DNA of 64,000 nt, from the NCBI GenBank assembly GCA_000165345.1, contig CM000434.1, positions 1,184,001 to 1,248,000 on the forward strand, given 5' to 3'. Made by a program: the position numbers and the translations under genes. Positions 40,123-51,922 of this stretch are shown here, one piece after another (position 1 is the first letter of the stretch; every line of letters starts with the position of its first letter). Under the pieces are notes generated by a model. That model worked only from the letters and a program-made list of their open reading frames with translations, searched no databases and was not told the DNA's origin.

Positions 40123-42330
40123 TCATTTTGAAGAGATCTCTACCTTAAGTCTGGAGTTTTCCAGAGTGCAATGTGAAGGGATAAGTTGATTTGAATTTAG
40201 TACGTAGTTTGCAGCAATTTGGTTGACTATCACACTATTTAGTAGGAATTCTGCTCCAAATTCCCTATTACAAAACCAAGTAACTTTAATTGGACCATTA
40301 TATGAAGTTTCATCATGATCAGATTCTCCTAAATGTATCAGTTGAAGAGTGATTTGTGCTTGGAAGATGCCATCTTTAACTTGGAATTCAAGAATTTTTG
40401 GTAGGAAACTAAACATTTCCAGCTCAATTTTGGATTGATCAATATTCTTAAATTCTGTATGTTGGCCAGTAAAGAAGGACCAACTAGACAGTATTTGGAT
40501 GTCTTTTGCATTGATTAAGCCTTTCTGACTATTTAGAAGTGATGATTTTGAGAAATCATCGAATAATAATTCAAGATTGATTGGGACTTCTAAATTGTCT
40601 GTATATGGTGATATAGTAATAGTACTATGTGGAATTCCATCATTCATATTATTTACATTATTTGAGGAACCTTCTAAGCTTTGATTAACTCCTGGAATAA
40701 TAGTTTCCCTTTCTGGAGGAGGTATTGCTTCTGGAAAATGAGAAATTGAAGATCCAGATTGATGCATGATTCCAATATTTTGATCTAAAGAAGTAATAGT
40801 AAATTGCCCTCCATCATTAAGTAACCCTTTAATACTTAGAGCTTCCATCTTTGGAGTCTCATTATTGCTAATTAAATACCCATAGAAGGTTGTTCTTAGT
40901 TTTCCTCTAATTTGAACCATTAGTTGAGGTGTAATAACCAGAGATTCAACAGAAATGCTTGGCATAGGGATTTGTCTTAAAGGAGGTGGTGGCAGTACTG
41001 CCAAATTTAAATTAGTTTTTGCTGATCTAATTGCAGAATCCATTAATGGAGAAGAACTTCCTACTCCATGCAAATCTAGATCAAAACTCTTGATAGGTAT
41101 GTGATGGCTTGTATTTTCTCCAAAATCTAATGATGGCCTTAAACTCTTTAAAATTACTTCATCCTTAATAAGATTATGCATATTTAAAGTACCTTTAAGG
41201 CTCATTTCAGACTTTCTTCCTATTAATATATCCGAATCATCAATTTTTACGATACCAAGATAGTTATTTCGGTGAAATACTCCCAAGAAGATTTTTCCTA
41301 AATTATTTACAAAGATTCTTCCTCTATAATCATAATTAACCTTGGAATTAAATATAATATTGGAATTGTGACCAACTTCTCTATCAAAAGATATATCAGA
41401 AAGTTGTACATTTGTAATAAGCTCTTTTAATGGCATTGAAATTGTGAATTTTTTTGACATGATTTGGTTTTCATCATTATTTTGTATTCCTGGAACAACC
41501 ATTTGAGTCTTTACCATTACATCTGTAAATCCTTTTGTAATAATATCATGTATTATTCCACTAATACCTACCATATGTGTAGCATTTGAACTTGCATGAA
41601 TCATTACATTCAATTTATCAGATTGAAAAATATCTAAAGAATGAGGACTACTTATTCTCGCAATTGGAATAGAATTCCATTCAACTTTTGCATTTTCTAA
41701 TGGTAAAACCACCTTTGCATTTCTAATTTGTAAACCTTCTTTTGGTGGTGCATTAATATTGACCATTAAAGATGTTTCCAATTTCTCTTGTCCATGATCT
41801 GTTCCAAAATCCACAAATATATCTTCTACATTAAATTCTAAATCTTTAAGTAAAGTTTCATTCCACCCTTGGCTTTTTCCCAAATAAAAGAAAGCTCCTA
41901 GTATTCCAATAATAAAGATAAATCCAATTAGTATTGTGAATACTACATAAAACAACCTATTGGAAGTAAATATTGGTCTCCTTTCATAATTATTGGATTC
42001 TATGTTTTCATTTGGATGACTTTTGTAATAAGCATCACTTTCTTTCATCTCTTCACCTTGTATTCCACATGTATTGTTTCCATGTGTTTGCGGAGTTTTA
42101 ATATCTACAATACTATTTGGGGATCCAATAATGGTGCTGGGACTAAACTCTTCATCTAGATATAGTTCACTTGCTGGAGATTGAATTCTTAGAGAAATTA
42201 CATCTCTATTCTCTTCCCATGATCTTGCATCAAAGTATCTTGCTGATGGATGAGAAACTGTTGAAATAGATGGAGTTCTTACTGTATTAATTACATCCTT
42301 ATTTTCTTCGGCATTATTATTGGCTTCCAT
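40123..42330 (-). CDS. Type II single-pass membrane protein (735 aa) with large beta-rich ectodomain/luminal domain; possibly LEA_2/NDR1-HIN1-like repeats; paralog of the 43175 gene
   Basis: The N-terminal 125 aa are hydrophilic, followed by one TM (LFYVVFTILIGFIFIIGILGAFFYL) and about 580 aa C-terminal to it. The motif PPKEGLQIRNAKVVLP right after the TM is shared with the neighbouring gene (PKIAEIQIRNSKMDIQ). Confidence 0.65.
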   Translation of the reverse strand: MEANNNAEENKDVINTVRTPSISTVSHPSARYFDARSWEENRDVISLRIQSPASELYLDEEFSPSTIIGSPNSIVDIKTPQTHGNNTCGIQGEEMKESDAYYKSHPNENIESNNYERRPIFTSNRLFYVVFTILIGFIFIIGILGAFFYLGKSQGWNETLLKDLEFNVEDIFVDFGTDHGQEKLETSLMVNINAPPKEGLQIRNAKVVLPLENAKVEWNSIPIARISSPHSLDIFQSDKLNVMIHASSNATHMVGISGIIHDIITKGFTDVMVKTQMVVPGIQNNDENQIMSKKFTISMPLKELITNVQLSDISFDREVGHNSNIIFNSKVNYDYRGRIFVNNLGKIFLGVFHRNNYLGIVKIDDSDILIGRKSEMSLKGTLNMHNLIKDEVILKSLRPSLDFGENTSHHIPIKSFDLDLHGVGSSSPLMDSAIRSAKTNLNLAVLPPPPLRQIPMPSISVESLVITPQLMVQIRGKLRTTFYGYLISNNETPKMEALSIKGLLNDGGQFTITSLDQNIGIMHQSGSSISHFPEAIPPPERETIIPGVNQSLEGSSNNVNNMNDGIPHSTITISPYTDNLEVPINLELLFDDFSKSSLLNSQKGLINAKDIQILSSWSFFTGQHTEFKNIDQSKIELEMFSFLPKILEFQVKDGIFQAQITLQLIHLGESDHDETSYNGPIKVTWFCNREFGAEFLLNSVIVNQIAANYVLNSNQLIPSHCTLENSRLKVEISSK

Positions 42331-42929
42331 ATTTATTATTCCTCTTTATTTTTCTAACTTTCTTATTTACCCAGTATGACACAAGAAAAATGGTCAATTC
42401 TCAAATACTAACAAAGTTAATTCAGATAATTATATTCAGTTTTCTGCATGGATTAATTCGAATATTTTAATCTAAAAAAAAACTTCTTTTTATCTCCTGA
42501 ATGTACTGATATGCCCCCTTTTATTTCTGTTATCTTAATATTTTGGCCTTACAAATTTTTGCAAATTTCTCTCTTGGGTTGCACATTTTGCTCCAATTTT
42601 GGAAAAAATTGTATTCTGACTTCATTTATAACTTTTTATTGATGATGCATTTTATAAAAACTTCATAAACCGCTATAGTATAATGCATATTCCAAATTTC
42701 CGCCTTTCCTCATGCTCTAAGCTGACATTTTGGTCAGTTTCCTCTTGATTATTATATTGTCCACATGAAAAAAATGTGAAAATTTTAAAAAATGGCGAAT
42801 AAAACAGAACAATAATAGCTGTAATGAATGAGTGAGTTAGAATGATTATAGCGTGTCAATTTCAAGTTTGATTAGTTTTTAGAATTTCCCCCCACACAAA
42901 AACTCCAGAAAATCTCCACGTCATTGCCG

Positions 42930-42967
42930 GCATGCATGCGTTTGAATGAATGCATGAATGCATGCAC
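42930..42967. promoter_or_regulatory. GCATGCATGCG TTTGAATGAATGCATGAATGCATGCAC: GCATGC cluster in divergent spacer
   Basis: The only GC-containing island in the 844-bp spacer between the two paralogous membrane-protein genes. Confidence 0.5.
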
Positions 42968-43174
42968 TCAGAATCGTTTTTTAAATAAAAAAAAATAAAT
43001 AAAAAAGTAGAAAGGATTGAAAAGCAAAAAGACAAAAAATAAGGAAAACTTCGAAAAAAAGAAGTTTGTTGGGATTTCTTCAAAGTCATTAACTTACAAT
43101 TTAGAAGAGTCAGTATTGAAAAAATAGACATTGAAAAAAGTACTAGGAAATTGAATAATATGATTATGTAAATT

Positions 43175-44214
43175 ATGACAGATTTTGTGACAAAAAAACT
43201 AGAAGTAGAAAATAAAGCTTCTAAAAGTGAAAATAGTGAGGAAATCGATTTAAATAATAAGGAAACATTTGTAAATCAAGTAGTTAGTGATGAAAATACA
43301 ATTTGTACAAGAGGAACAGAATCTTCGATTTTCACAATCTTGAGGAATTCAAGGAGAGAACATTTCTTTGATGCTCGTATAAAGTTATATAAAGAGAAGC
43401 TTAGTTTAATGGAGAAAGAAGGTAAGATGAAGTTCAGTAAGGGGATAAACTCTCGAAAAAGTATGCAAAGATGTTGCAAAATGAATAAATATCAAATATA
43501 CCGTATATTGATTACTATTTTGGGAGTTTTTTTTATGTTATTAGCATTGTTTGGTGTATCATTCTTATTGTTGCTTCCAAAGATTGCTGAAATTCAAATA
43601 AGGAACTCAAAAATGGATATTCAAGAAATCAATGTTTTTCAGATTAGTAGGCAGAATGGAGAAACTTCATTTGAAGTGGATTCAATATTGGCTATAGATA
43701 AAGTATCAAAGTACAAGACTGAGTTTATTCATTCATTAATGCAGATAAGCTATGGAATAAAAGGAGAAGAAACTAAATCTTTGGGTGAATTATATATTTC
43801 ACAGATGTCTGTGAATGAGGATGGAATTTTAAAAGCAAGAGGAAGATTTACAATAAGGAATAATGAATCACTTAATGAATTGATTAATTACATGACATCA
43901 AGTTTGAATGTTAATAACAAGGATGAAGCTATAGAGAAGAATATCACATTTTATGGGAAAGGTTTAATGTCTCTAAGGATCTTTGGAATATTACTAAATA
44001 ACATAAATGTGGATAGAGAACTGAGCTATTCTTCAGTTTATGGATTGAATGGAACGTCTGAAAGAAGTTCTATTAATGGAAAGGAGGTTAGAGACAGAGT
44101 TTCTTCTGATAATGCCCCACTTTCGAACAAAAATGGATTAAAAATTCATAATATTTGGTTAAACTCTCACAAAATGGGTGGTATGAGATTGAATCTAGAG
44201 CTTGAACTTGATTT
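43175..44214 (+). CDS. Type II membrane protein paralog (5' part; ORF continues into N-masked region)
   Basis: Cytoplasmic N-terminus, then one TM (IYRILITILGVFFMLLALFGVSFLLLL), then the shared QIRNSK motif. There is no stop before the masked stretch. Confidence 0.6.
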
Positions 44215-47175
44215 TCANANANNNANNGNTNANAATNGNANANNANNNNNNTNNAANNAGNTNTTNNNNNNNNNNNCNNNANNTNGNNNATANNGNNNNC
44301 TNANNNNANNNNTNNNAATANNNANAATNNNANNTNNNTANTGCANANTCNNNTNGTNNNATGNAANNNTNCNNNTTCANNTNNANNANNTTNNNNNTAN
44401 TNNNTNNGNTTTATTNNNNGNGNANNNNANNANNNNNNATNNNNNNNNNNNNCNATAANNANNNTNTTNNAAAANNNGNNANNTCCNANNNNNTTNNNNN
44501 ANNNAAANNNNNNNNNTNNNGANNNGNNNNCNNNNANNNNNNNNNNNNNTNATNNNNNANTGAANNNNNNANTTNTNNNTNNTTTAAGNNGTNNNNTNNN
44601 ANNNNNATNNNNNNNNNTNNNTNNNNNNNNNNNNNNNNNNNNTNTCNNTNNNNNNNTCTNTCTNNNNTNNNTNNNTNTNTNNNNNTNTNNNNNTNTNTNC
44701 NNNNCTCNGATNANNNNNNNNNTTACTNNCTNNNANNCNTAAANTNNNNTTANATTNANNNNNTGNNCNNGATTANNNNNNNNANAANNNTAANNNCNAN
44801 NNNNNNTANNNCNNNNNNNACTNNNNNAANNNACCNGANNNTNNNNANNNNNNNTTNNNTNNNAAAGNNNNAAAAAAANNNNNNNCTTNNTCNNTNANAA
44901 ANNTNNNNCNNANCNCNNNNNAANNNTGNTNCNNNANNNNCNNNNNCGNNTNNTNNNTNATNANNNNNNTNNNTNNNNNNNNANNGNTANNNNNAATNNA
45001 NNNNNNNTNNTGNNNNNNATNTANAAAANNNTNNNNANTTNTNTCANNANNTNNNNNTNNNNANNNNTNNNNANTNNNNGNTNTNNATNNANNNAANNAN
45101 NNTNTNNNNNTCANNNNANNNNNNNNTNTNNNGGANNATNNNNNNNANNNAAANANNNNCNNNNATAANGNNNNNCNAAANNNTACANNNNTNGNNNNTT
45201 NNANANTNNCTNNNNTTANTTANTNNNNANTNCNANAANTTANNTNATTNNNANNNNNATANANNNNNCNNTNACAAGNATNNTNNGNNNNNCTNNNTNN
45301 AATNNAANANTNANACNANNNNNNNNNNTNNNNANACNNNNNNAANNNCCAANTNAANNNNNATNNANNNTNNNNNATNNGNANATGATGANNNTAANNN
45401 NNANGANNTANNNNANNNNNNNTNNNANNTNANNNNNNNNNNANTNCNNANNNNTNTNNTNNNNNNNNTNNNNCANNTTNTANNTCNNNTNNCANNNNNN
45501 NNNANNANNNTTNNGANNNGNNNNNAAANNNTNNTTATNNNTTNCTNNNNNNNNNNNANCCNNANTNCTANAGANANNCNNNNNNANACNATNNGNANNN
45601 NATTNNANCTNNATGNNNGNNNACNNNNNNNTNNTNNNGNANTNTNNNNNNNNNNTNNTNTNNNANTNANNNNNNNNNGNANANNNTTNATNNNTNNAAN
45701 ANNANATNNNNNNNTNNNTTANTNNNANNAANTANANNANNTNTTGANNNANNTNCNNANNNNNTANANTNATNNTNTNANNNANTNTNANNNNNTTCNT
45801 TNTNANNNNNGNTAAATNNNNNATNNNNGNNNNANNANNTNNNNTNGNNNTTANNNNNANTGAANNNNNAANNNATTNNTNTNTNNANTNNTNNAATTAT
45901 NCTNAATNNTTATNNGAANANNNATNNNANNTTTTGGANANNNAATNNAAAAGNNNACNNCNNATNNNNNANNANNNNNNANCNNNTAATAANAANATAA
46001 NNNNANNANNNATNNNNNNNTANATTTAANNNNTNNNNNNNTNNNNNTANNTNNNNCTATTNTTNAACTNNTTTTNNCNNNNNNNANTNNNNNNAATANT
46101 TNTNTCANTNNTAAANNNNNGNNNANNNANTNNNATNTNANNNNAGNCNANNNNNNNNNNANTCNAATNNCNNNTNTNATNATNANNNNNNANNTGAAAN
46201 TNGNNTNNATNNTGANANANAANAAANANNAAANANAANNATGNNNNNNNNAATNNNANNNNANANAAATTANANTNNATNNNNNANTNNNNNTTNTTNN
46301 AGNNNAATTNATNNNNNANNNNNANTNNTGANNNANANTNANNANTNNTNNNNNGNNNTANGNTNTANGTNTNANTNNCNATTATNNNNNNNTNNNNTNN
46401 NNNANNNNNTNNNNGNNNNNTGNTGNCNTGNNATNNTANNNNTNNNATNATNTNAANNNANTNNNNNANNNNNTNTNNNANNNNNTNATANNANNNNACN
46501 AANNNNNNNNNNNNNNNNNNNTNNNANNNNNNTNNTCNNANNNCATNNNANNNANGNAAAGANTNNANANTNNNNTNNNNNANNNAANNTNACNNNATTN
46601 NANNNTNNNNNTNTANTNNNNAAANNAATNNANTNGNTNNNANNNTTTNNNNTNNANNNNNNTNNNNNTAANTNAATNANTNNANNANNNNNTNNNCNGN
46701 NNNTNAANNNNNNNNTNNNTANNNGGNGNNANNNNNTNNNNNNNANNNTNNNNNNNNNATNNNNTNNNANNNNCANNANANNNNNCNNATNNNTNNATNN
46801 NNGNNNNNTNATNNNTNNNNNAANTNNNNNANTANANNNAATGTANTNATNNNNNNNNANTTGNANGANNGNNTANATNNNTNNNANANNNNNNNNNNNN
46901 NNTTNATANNTNCTNNNANANNNNTTGATATACAGTNGNNTATNAGNTNTCAATANNCNANANTATGTTGAAANTATGNAANTTNNTNTAANNANGGNTN
47001 NACTGNNTNTTTNNNTTGGAAAAGATGTCNANANGANCNNNTANTCAGCNNTNANNNAGANTCNNAGANANGCNTATNNTTCNGCNNACNAAGTNGANTG
47101 TATCGNAGTCAGNNTGTNATGNTNTTGNTCCNNNTGNAGTTCANGNNNTCNNATGANGNANTNGATCNNGAANTA
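44215..47175. other. Heavily N-masked interval (about 70-75% N interspersed with single residual bases); not annotatable
   Basis: Direct observation. The X-filled ORFs in the track are artefacts of N translation. Confidence 0.95.
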
Positions 47176-47334
47176 GANNAANATNANGAAGAAAAATTAC
47201 ATATTAAAGCTATTAATACTCCTCATGGTATACCATATTGGCTTGTTCCAGTATTTGAATTTCTCAAATTACCAGCTTCCAGTACTTTAAGTAGTCTAGA
47301 TTCAGCAGAGTTTGGATCAGTTACTTTTTCATAA
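47176..47334 (+). CDS. 3' end of a gene emerging from the masked region (...EEKLHIKAINTPHGIPYWLVPVFEFLKLPASSTLSSLDSAEFGSVTFS*)
   Basis: Clean ORF tail with a stop at 47332-47334. It may be the C-terminus of the 43175 gene or of a separate gene. Confidence 0.4.
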   Translation, partial: XXXXEEKLHIKAINTPHGIPYWLVPVFEFLKLPASSTLSSLDSAEFGSVTFS

Positions 47335-47541
47335 TTTTATATTATATAATGCAAATATATAGATTTTGTAATATTGCGCCAAGATAACCACTTTCATGTT
47401 AATACTCACAAATTCAAATTATCATTTTTGGAATAAAAAAAATAACAGGTGTGAATTTGAAAAACAAGTAAAATCCTTGTTATTACATCATTAAAGGAAC
47501 TCATATATTTCCAAATTTATTTTAAAAGAATTTATAACTTC

Positions 47542-49470
47542 ATGGATGATATTTATTTGGCAGAATTTCATGGTTTTATTGATGAAAAAACATGGGAAAT
47601 TGCTAAATTAAGTATACATTATCTTCATACACTTAAAGAAAATATAATAAAAGTCTTGGAAAATGGAGGTACACTTGAGAAATATTCTCATTTAAGAGAT
47701 TTAATTGAAATTGTAAGAATATGTATTTTACATGGTATTTTAATTGGAATAAATTATTTAAATAAATCAGAAGATAATTACAAATATGATTATGGTTCTT
47801 TGTATCATTTTGTAAGAATATTCCCAGAACTTAATGAATTAGGAAAAGTTGATGATATGTGTTTTTTATCATTTTTATTAATGAATAAAGTATTTACTGG
47901 ATTTCTTGAATCTATTAAAAATCCTTCATCAAAATGGAATCAAAGAATAACAATGTATTATCATCATGCTAGTATTTTGAGATATAGTGAATTCTTGAAA
48001 GAGTTTATTTTAATAATCAACAGTTTTGAAAATTGTCTAAGAATCAAAAATTTCCATATTCCTAATAATTGGATGACTTATTTTGCAAAATTATCATTAA
48101 GATGGAATAATTTTGGAAATGATCAAACAACAGAAATATCAATTATTAATGAGAATTTTAAGAATATTAAATATAAAACAAAACAATATAATCATCATGA
48201 TCAAAAAATTCTTAAAAATCTTACAAATATTAATGATATAGAAATTGATTCTAAATCTACTTTAAGTATTTTATTAAAGCAAGAATTTGAACAAAAGATC
48301 AATTTTAAAGATTATAATATATTTGATGATAGAGCTTTTATTTCAAAATCAAGTATATTAAATTCAAATAATGAATTGGATCCAGATATATTAAGTGATA
48401 ATAATGATCATATTGTTGTATATAATGAAAGAAATATTCAAGATATTGAAGATTTATTGGGGGATATGTGGTGTCCAATGTTTGATTATTCTCCTATATC
48501 TGAAAAACTTTATTTAGAAAATGAAGAAGAAAATTTTGTAAATTATGATAATGAAAATAATAATAATAATAACAATAATGACAATAATAATGAATATAAT
48601 AAATTACAAGAAAAAGATGAAAAAAATAATATAGAGTTAAATAATATTTATAATTATGAAGATATTAATCATTATATAAATATTAATAATGAATCAGATT
48701 TATCTAATTTCAAGATTAATTATGAATTAAAATTGATAAAAAATGATAATAATGAATTGAAAGAAAGGTATTTATCTTATTATCATATTCCATTAAATAA
48801 ACAAGAAGAAAGGTTAATATTAGAATTACAAGATTATAAATGTTTTACAAAACATTGTGAAAATATATTAGAATTTGATCAAGAATCTAAATTGAATTTC
48901 TGTTGTTTTACTGGTTATTATTATTGTGATTATTGTTATGGATCAAATACATGTTCAATTTTACCAGGTCTTCTTGCAAAATATGGAAATTTAACACCAG
49001 TTCCAGTATCAATTAAATCTAAAGAAAAATTAAAAAGTCTTGAAAATATACCATTGATTAAGATTCATTCATTAACAGCTGAAATATGGGAATCTAATAA
49101 GTATATTAAACAATTGGTATATTTGAAATCATATTTATCATCATTATTAATTATGAATGATAATAATAATAATAATAATAATAAATGTCAATATAAAGAA
49201 TCAATAAAAAGAAGATTATTAAGAGAATATGATATAATATATCAATTTGGTAGATATGAATATTTTTCAGTAAATCAATTAACAGAAATAGCTTATGAGA
49301 TATTTTCACAAGAGGTTACAATGTATTCAAATGAAACAAATATTCAAATTACTGTAAGAGAAATGAAAAATATTGCAATCAATTGGAGAAAACATTTATT
49401 AAAATGTATACATTGTCAATATCAAAATAAAAATTCAAAGAAAGATTTAATTTTATCTTTAAAAGAGTAA
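47542..49470 (+). CDS. RUN-domain plus Rubicon-homology (RH/DUF4206) zinc-finger protein (Rubicon/PLEKHM1/DEF8 class)
   Basis: The N-terminus is RUN-like (LHTLKENIIKVLENGGTLEKYSHLRDLIEIVRICILHGILIG...FLSFLLMN). The C-terminal Cys/His cluster (CFTKHCENI...FCCFTGYYYCDYCYGSNTCSILPGLLAKYGNLTPVPVS...IPLIKIHSL) is followed by the helical tail typical of RH domains. In between is a poly-N/D low-complexity region. Confidence 0.6.
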   Translation: MDDIYLAEFHGFIDEKTWEIAKLSIHYLHTLKENIIKVLENGGTLEKYSHLRDLIEIVRICILHGILIGINYLNKSEDNYKYDYGSLYHFVRIFPELNELGKVDDMCFLSFLLMNKVFTGFLESIKNPSSKWNQRITMYYHHASILRYSEFLKEFILIINSFENCLRIKNFHIPNNWMTYFAKLSLRWNNFGNDQTTEISIINENFKNIKYKTKQYNHHDQKILKNLTNINDIEIDSKSTLSILLKQEFEQKINFKDYNIFDDRAFISKSSILNSNNELDPDILSDNNDHIVVYNERNIQDIEDLLGDMWCPMFDYSPISEKLYLENEEENFVNYDNENNNNNNNNDNNNEYNKLQEKDEKNNIELNNIYNYEDINHYININNESDLSNFKINYELKLIKNDNNELKERYLSYYHIPLNKQEERLILELQDYKCFTKHCENILEFDQESKLNFCCFTGYYYCDYCYGSNTCSILPGLLAKYGNLTPVPVSIKSKEKLKSLENIPLIKIHSLTAEIWESNKYIKQLVYLKSYLSSLLIMNDNNNNNNNKCQYKESIKRRLLREYDIIYQFGRYEYFSVNQLTEIAYEIFSQEVTMYSNETNIQITVREMKNIAINWRKHLLKCIHCQYQNKNSKKDLILSLKE

Positions 49471-49511
49471 AATATATTTATATTTATTTCAAGATTCAAA
49501 CTTTCTTTATA

Positions 49512-49585
<74 letters not shown>

Positions 49586-49850
49586 GCTGAATAAATATCC
49601 AAATATTTCCCCTCATGGTGCCATTTTGGATTTAATAATTATTGCAAAAATGCATTTATTGAATGGAAATCAATTATTAATATTATAATTTCTAATTGGA
49701 AATTCTTTTTTTGTTCTTGAAGAAAAAAAACTCTCAAATCACTCAGTTATTTAACTTTATTATTATTTTTCTCAACTTATTTTAATTTTATATTTAAACA
49801 AAAAAAAAAAAAAAGAAAAAGTTATCAAAAAGTTAAATACTTAATTTTGA

Positions 49851-51558
49851 ATGTGGAATTTTTATAAAAAAATACCAAATATTAATTCATTTTATTCAGT
49901 TGGAAATGGAGAAGAAATAATACAAAGATTAAAAGTCAATAAGAAAGCATTATTAGTTTCAGGAGAAACTGAAGATTATAAAGGATGTACAAATGATATT
50001 ATAGAATATGCAGTAATACTTTCAAATATATATAAATTTAAAGAAATAAGAATTTTATTAAGTGAAAGTATCAGAAATTTTATATGGAAATTTTATATCA
50101 TTATCATTAAGTAGAATTAATGGAGCAATAATACAAATAGTAAGATTGTCAAAAAAATCTCTCAAAGAAGGATTTCAATGGTTAATTTCTATGGAAGAAA
50201 ATACAGGAAATGAAAACTATTACTCAGAATTTTCAAATATATATAGAGGAAATGATAATTTTGGGATGAATTTCTCAAATAATATTTATGATTTAGTATT
50301 TGTTTATTCTGGTCCAGTAAAATTTTCAAAGAATGATATTAATATTGATAATAATACAAATATAGAAAATGAAGCAGTTAACGGTCCATTTTTTTTAATT
50401 TCAAAAGGAAAAAAAAATGATAAAGATGAATATGATTATGATGATTATATAAGTTTTTCAGATTTTGATAGAATGATATTAGAAACAAATTCAAATAATA
50501 AAGGCAATTTGACATGTTTTTTGGATTGTAATTATTCATATATGTTTTTATCAGATTATACAAAAGGAGAAGAATATTGTAATAATAATAATAATAATAA
50601 TAATAGTAATTATGAAAATATTCGATTTAATCATCATCGAATATCAACAATGCCAGAAATAAATAATAATAATAATAATAAAGATCTCTTAAATATTAAT
50701 CCAAATAAGACATCTTATTACAAAAAGAGAGATCTTTCTGTAATAATATTAGCATCATGTTCTTCTTCAATACAAGATTCACAAGAAATTAAATTATGTT
50801 CAAATAATGGTATAGGATTATCAATAATATATAGAAGATTATTTTCATATTTTATTCAATCAATAATAAGATATCATTTTGAAAATATAATAAATAAAGA
50901 TAATAATCAAAATTTTCAATTAATTCCAAGAATTACTTTAAAATCTTTAATTGAAGAGATTTCAAGAAATATGTTTCATTATTTAACAAAAAATCATTTA
51001 AAGAATCAAATTCCAATATTATTAGCATCAGTTGGAATTTCAACACAAGATAATATATTATTAAATAATGATATGAATAATATAAATATGATGAATTATT
51101 TAAATGATGGTGATTATATTATTGGTAATTTTGATCAAAAAAATAAAATTAATTCTAATATATCATTATCATCATCAAATAATATAATGAATTTTAATAA
51201 ATTTCCAATAAAGAATTTAAATATGGGAAATAATAAAAGAATATATAATAATAATAATAATAATAATTGTTATATGTATCAAAGAAATATTCCAAATATT
51301 AGTATTAGTCCAAATTCTAATTCTAATTTGATTCAAGAGATTAATCAATTAAGATCAGAATTATCTTATTTAAAACAAACTATCAATTCTGAAAATATTG
51401 CTCGAAATTTCAATTATAATGAAAATAATTATAATAGAATAAATAATGGATATAAAAGTTATTGTCCTGTTCAAATTTTCAATTCAGATACTATTTTTAA
51501 AAAAAGTGTAAAACCATCATCAACTATAACTCATCATAGAACATTCACATCAAAGTAA
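49851..51558 (+). CDS. Metacaspase-like (peptidase C14 fold) protein with degenerate catalytic dyad (pseudo-metacaspase); exons 49851-50067 and 50141-51558; intron 50068-50140
   Basis: Exon 1: KKALLVSGETEDYKGCTNDI matches the metacaspase start KxALLIGINYxGxxxxLxGCxNDV. Exon 2, in another frame: FQWLIS...DLVFVYSGPV (in place of the LFFHYSGHG His motif) and LTCFLDCNYS (in place of LTAxFDSCHSG). A GTATCA...AAATAG intron joins the two in phase. The long N-rich C-terminus is low-complexity. Confidence 0.55.
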
Positions 51559-51862
51559 ATCAATTAATAAAAGAGAAATAAATTGATGAAAAAATATATA
51601 TATTAGGCTAAGAATTTATATTATTGGGAATTTTTAATACAGATACATATACAATAGTTTTTATTTATTAATAGCTTTTAAACAAAGAAAAAATGAAATA
51701 AAATAAAAGAAAAATGTATTTATAAATAGGACAAATAACTAAATAGAATAATAAAATTATATATAATTTTAATTTTTTTGAAAATAAATAGAAAAAAATA
51801 AAATATTTGCAATATTAACTCTATTAGGGTCAATTTTATAGATTTAATTGTATTAAATACAT

Positions 51863-51886
51863 TACGTGTAAATTACGTGTAAATAA
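51863..51886. promoter_or_regulatory. Tandem duplication TTACGTGTAAA-TTACGTGTAAA (ACGTG core); a third inverted copy GACACGTAATT at 52150-52160
   Basis: Direct reading, 370 and 95 bp upstream of the Aurora-like kinase ATG. Confidence 0.45.
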
Positions 51887-51904
51887 TATTATATTATTAA
51901 ATTT

Positions 51905-51922
51905 GCATGTGCATGTGCATGC
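51905..51922. promoter_or_regulatory. GCATGTGCATGTGCATGC repeat
   Basis: Direct reading, same spacer. Confidence 0.4.

Noticed and set aside
44202-47176. Long X-filled ORFs in the ORF track across the masked interval
   Set aside because: N codons cannot produce stops, so these ORFs carry no information.
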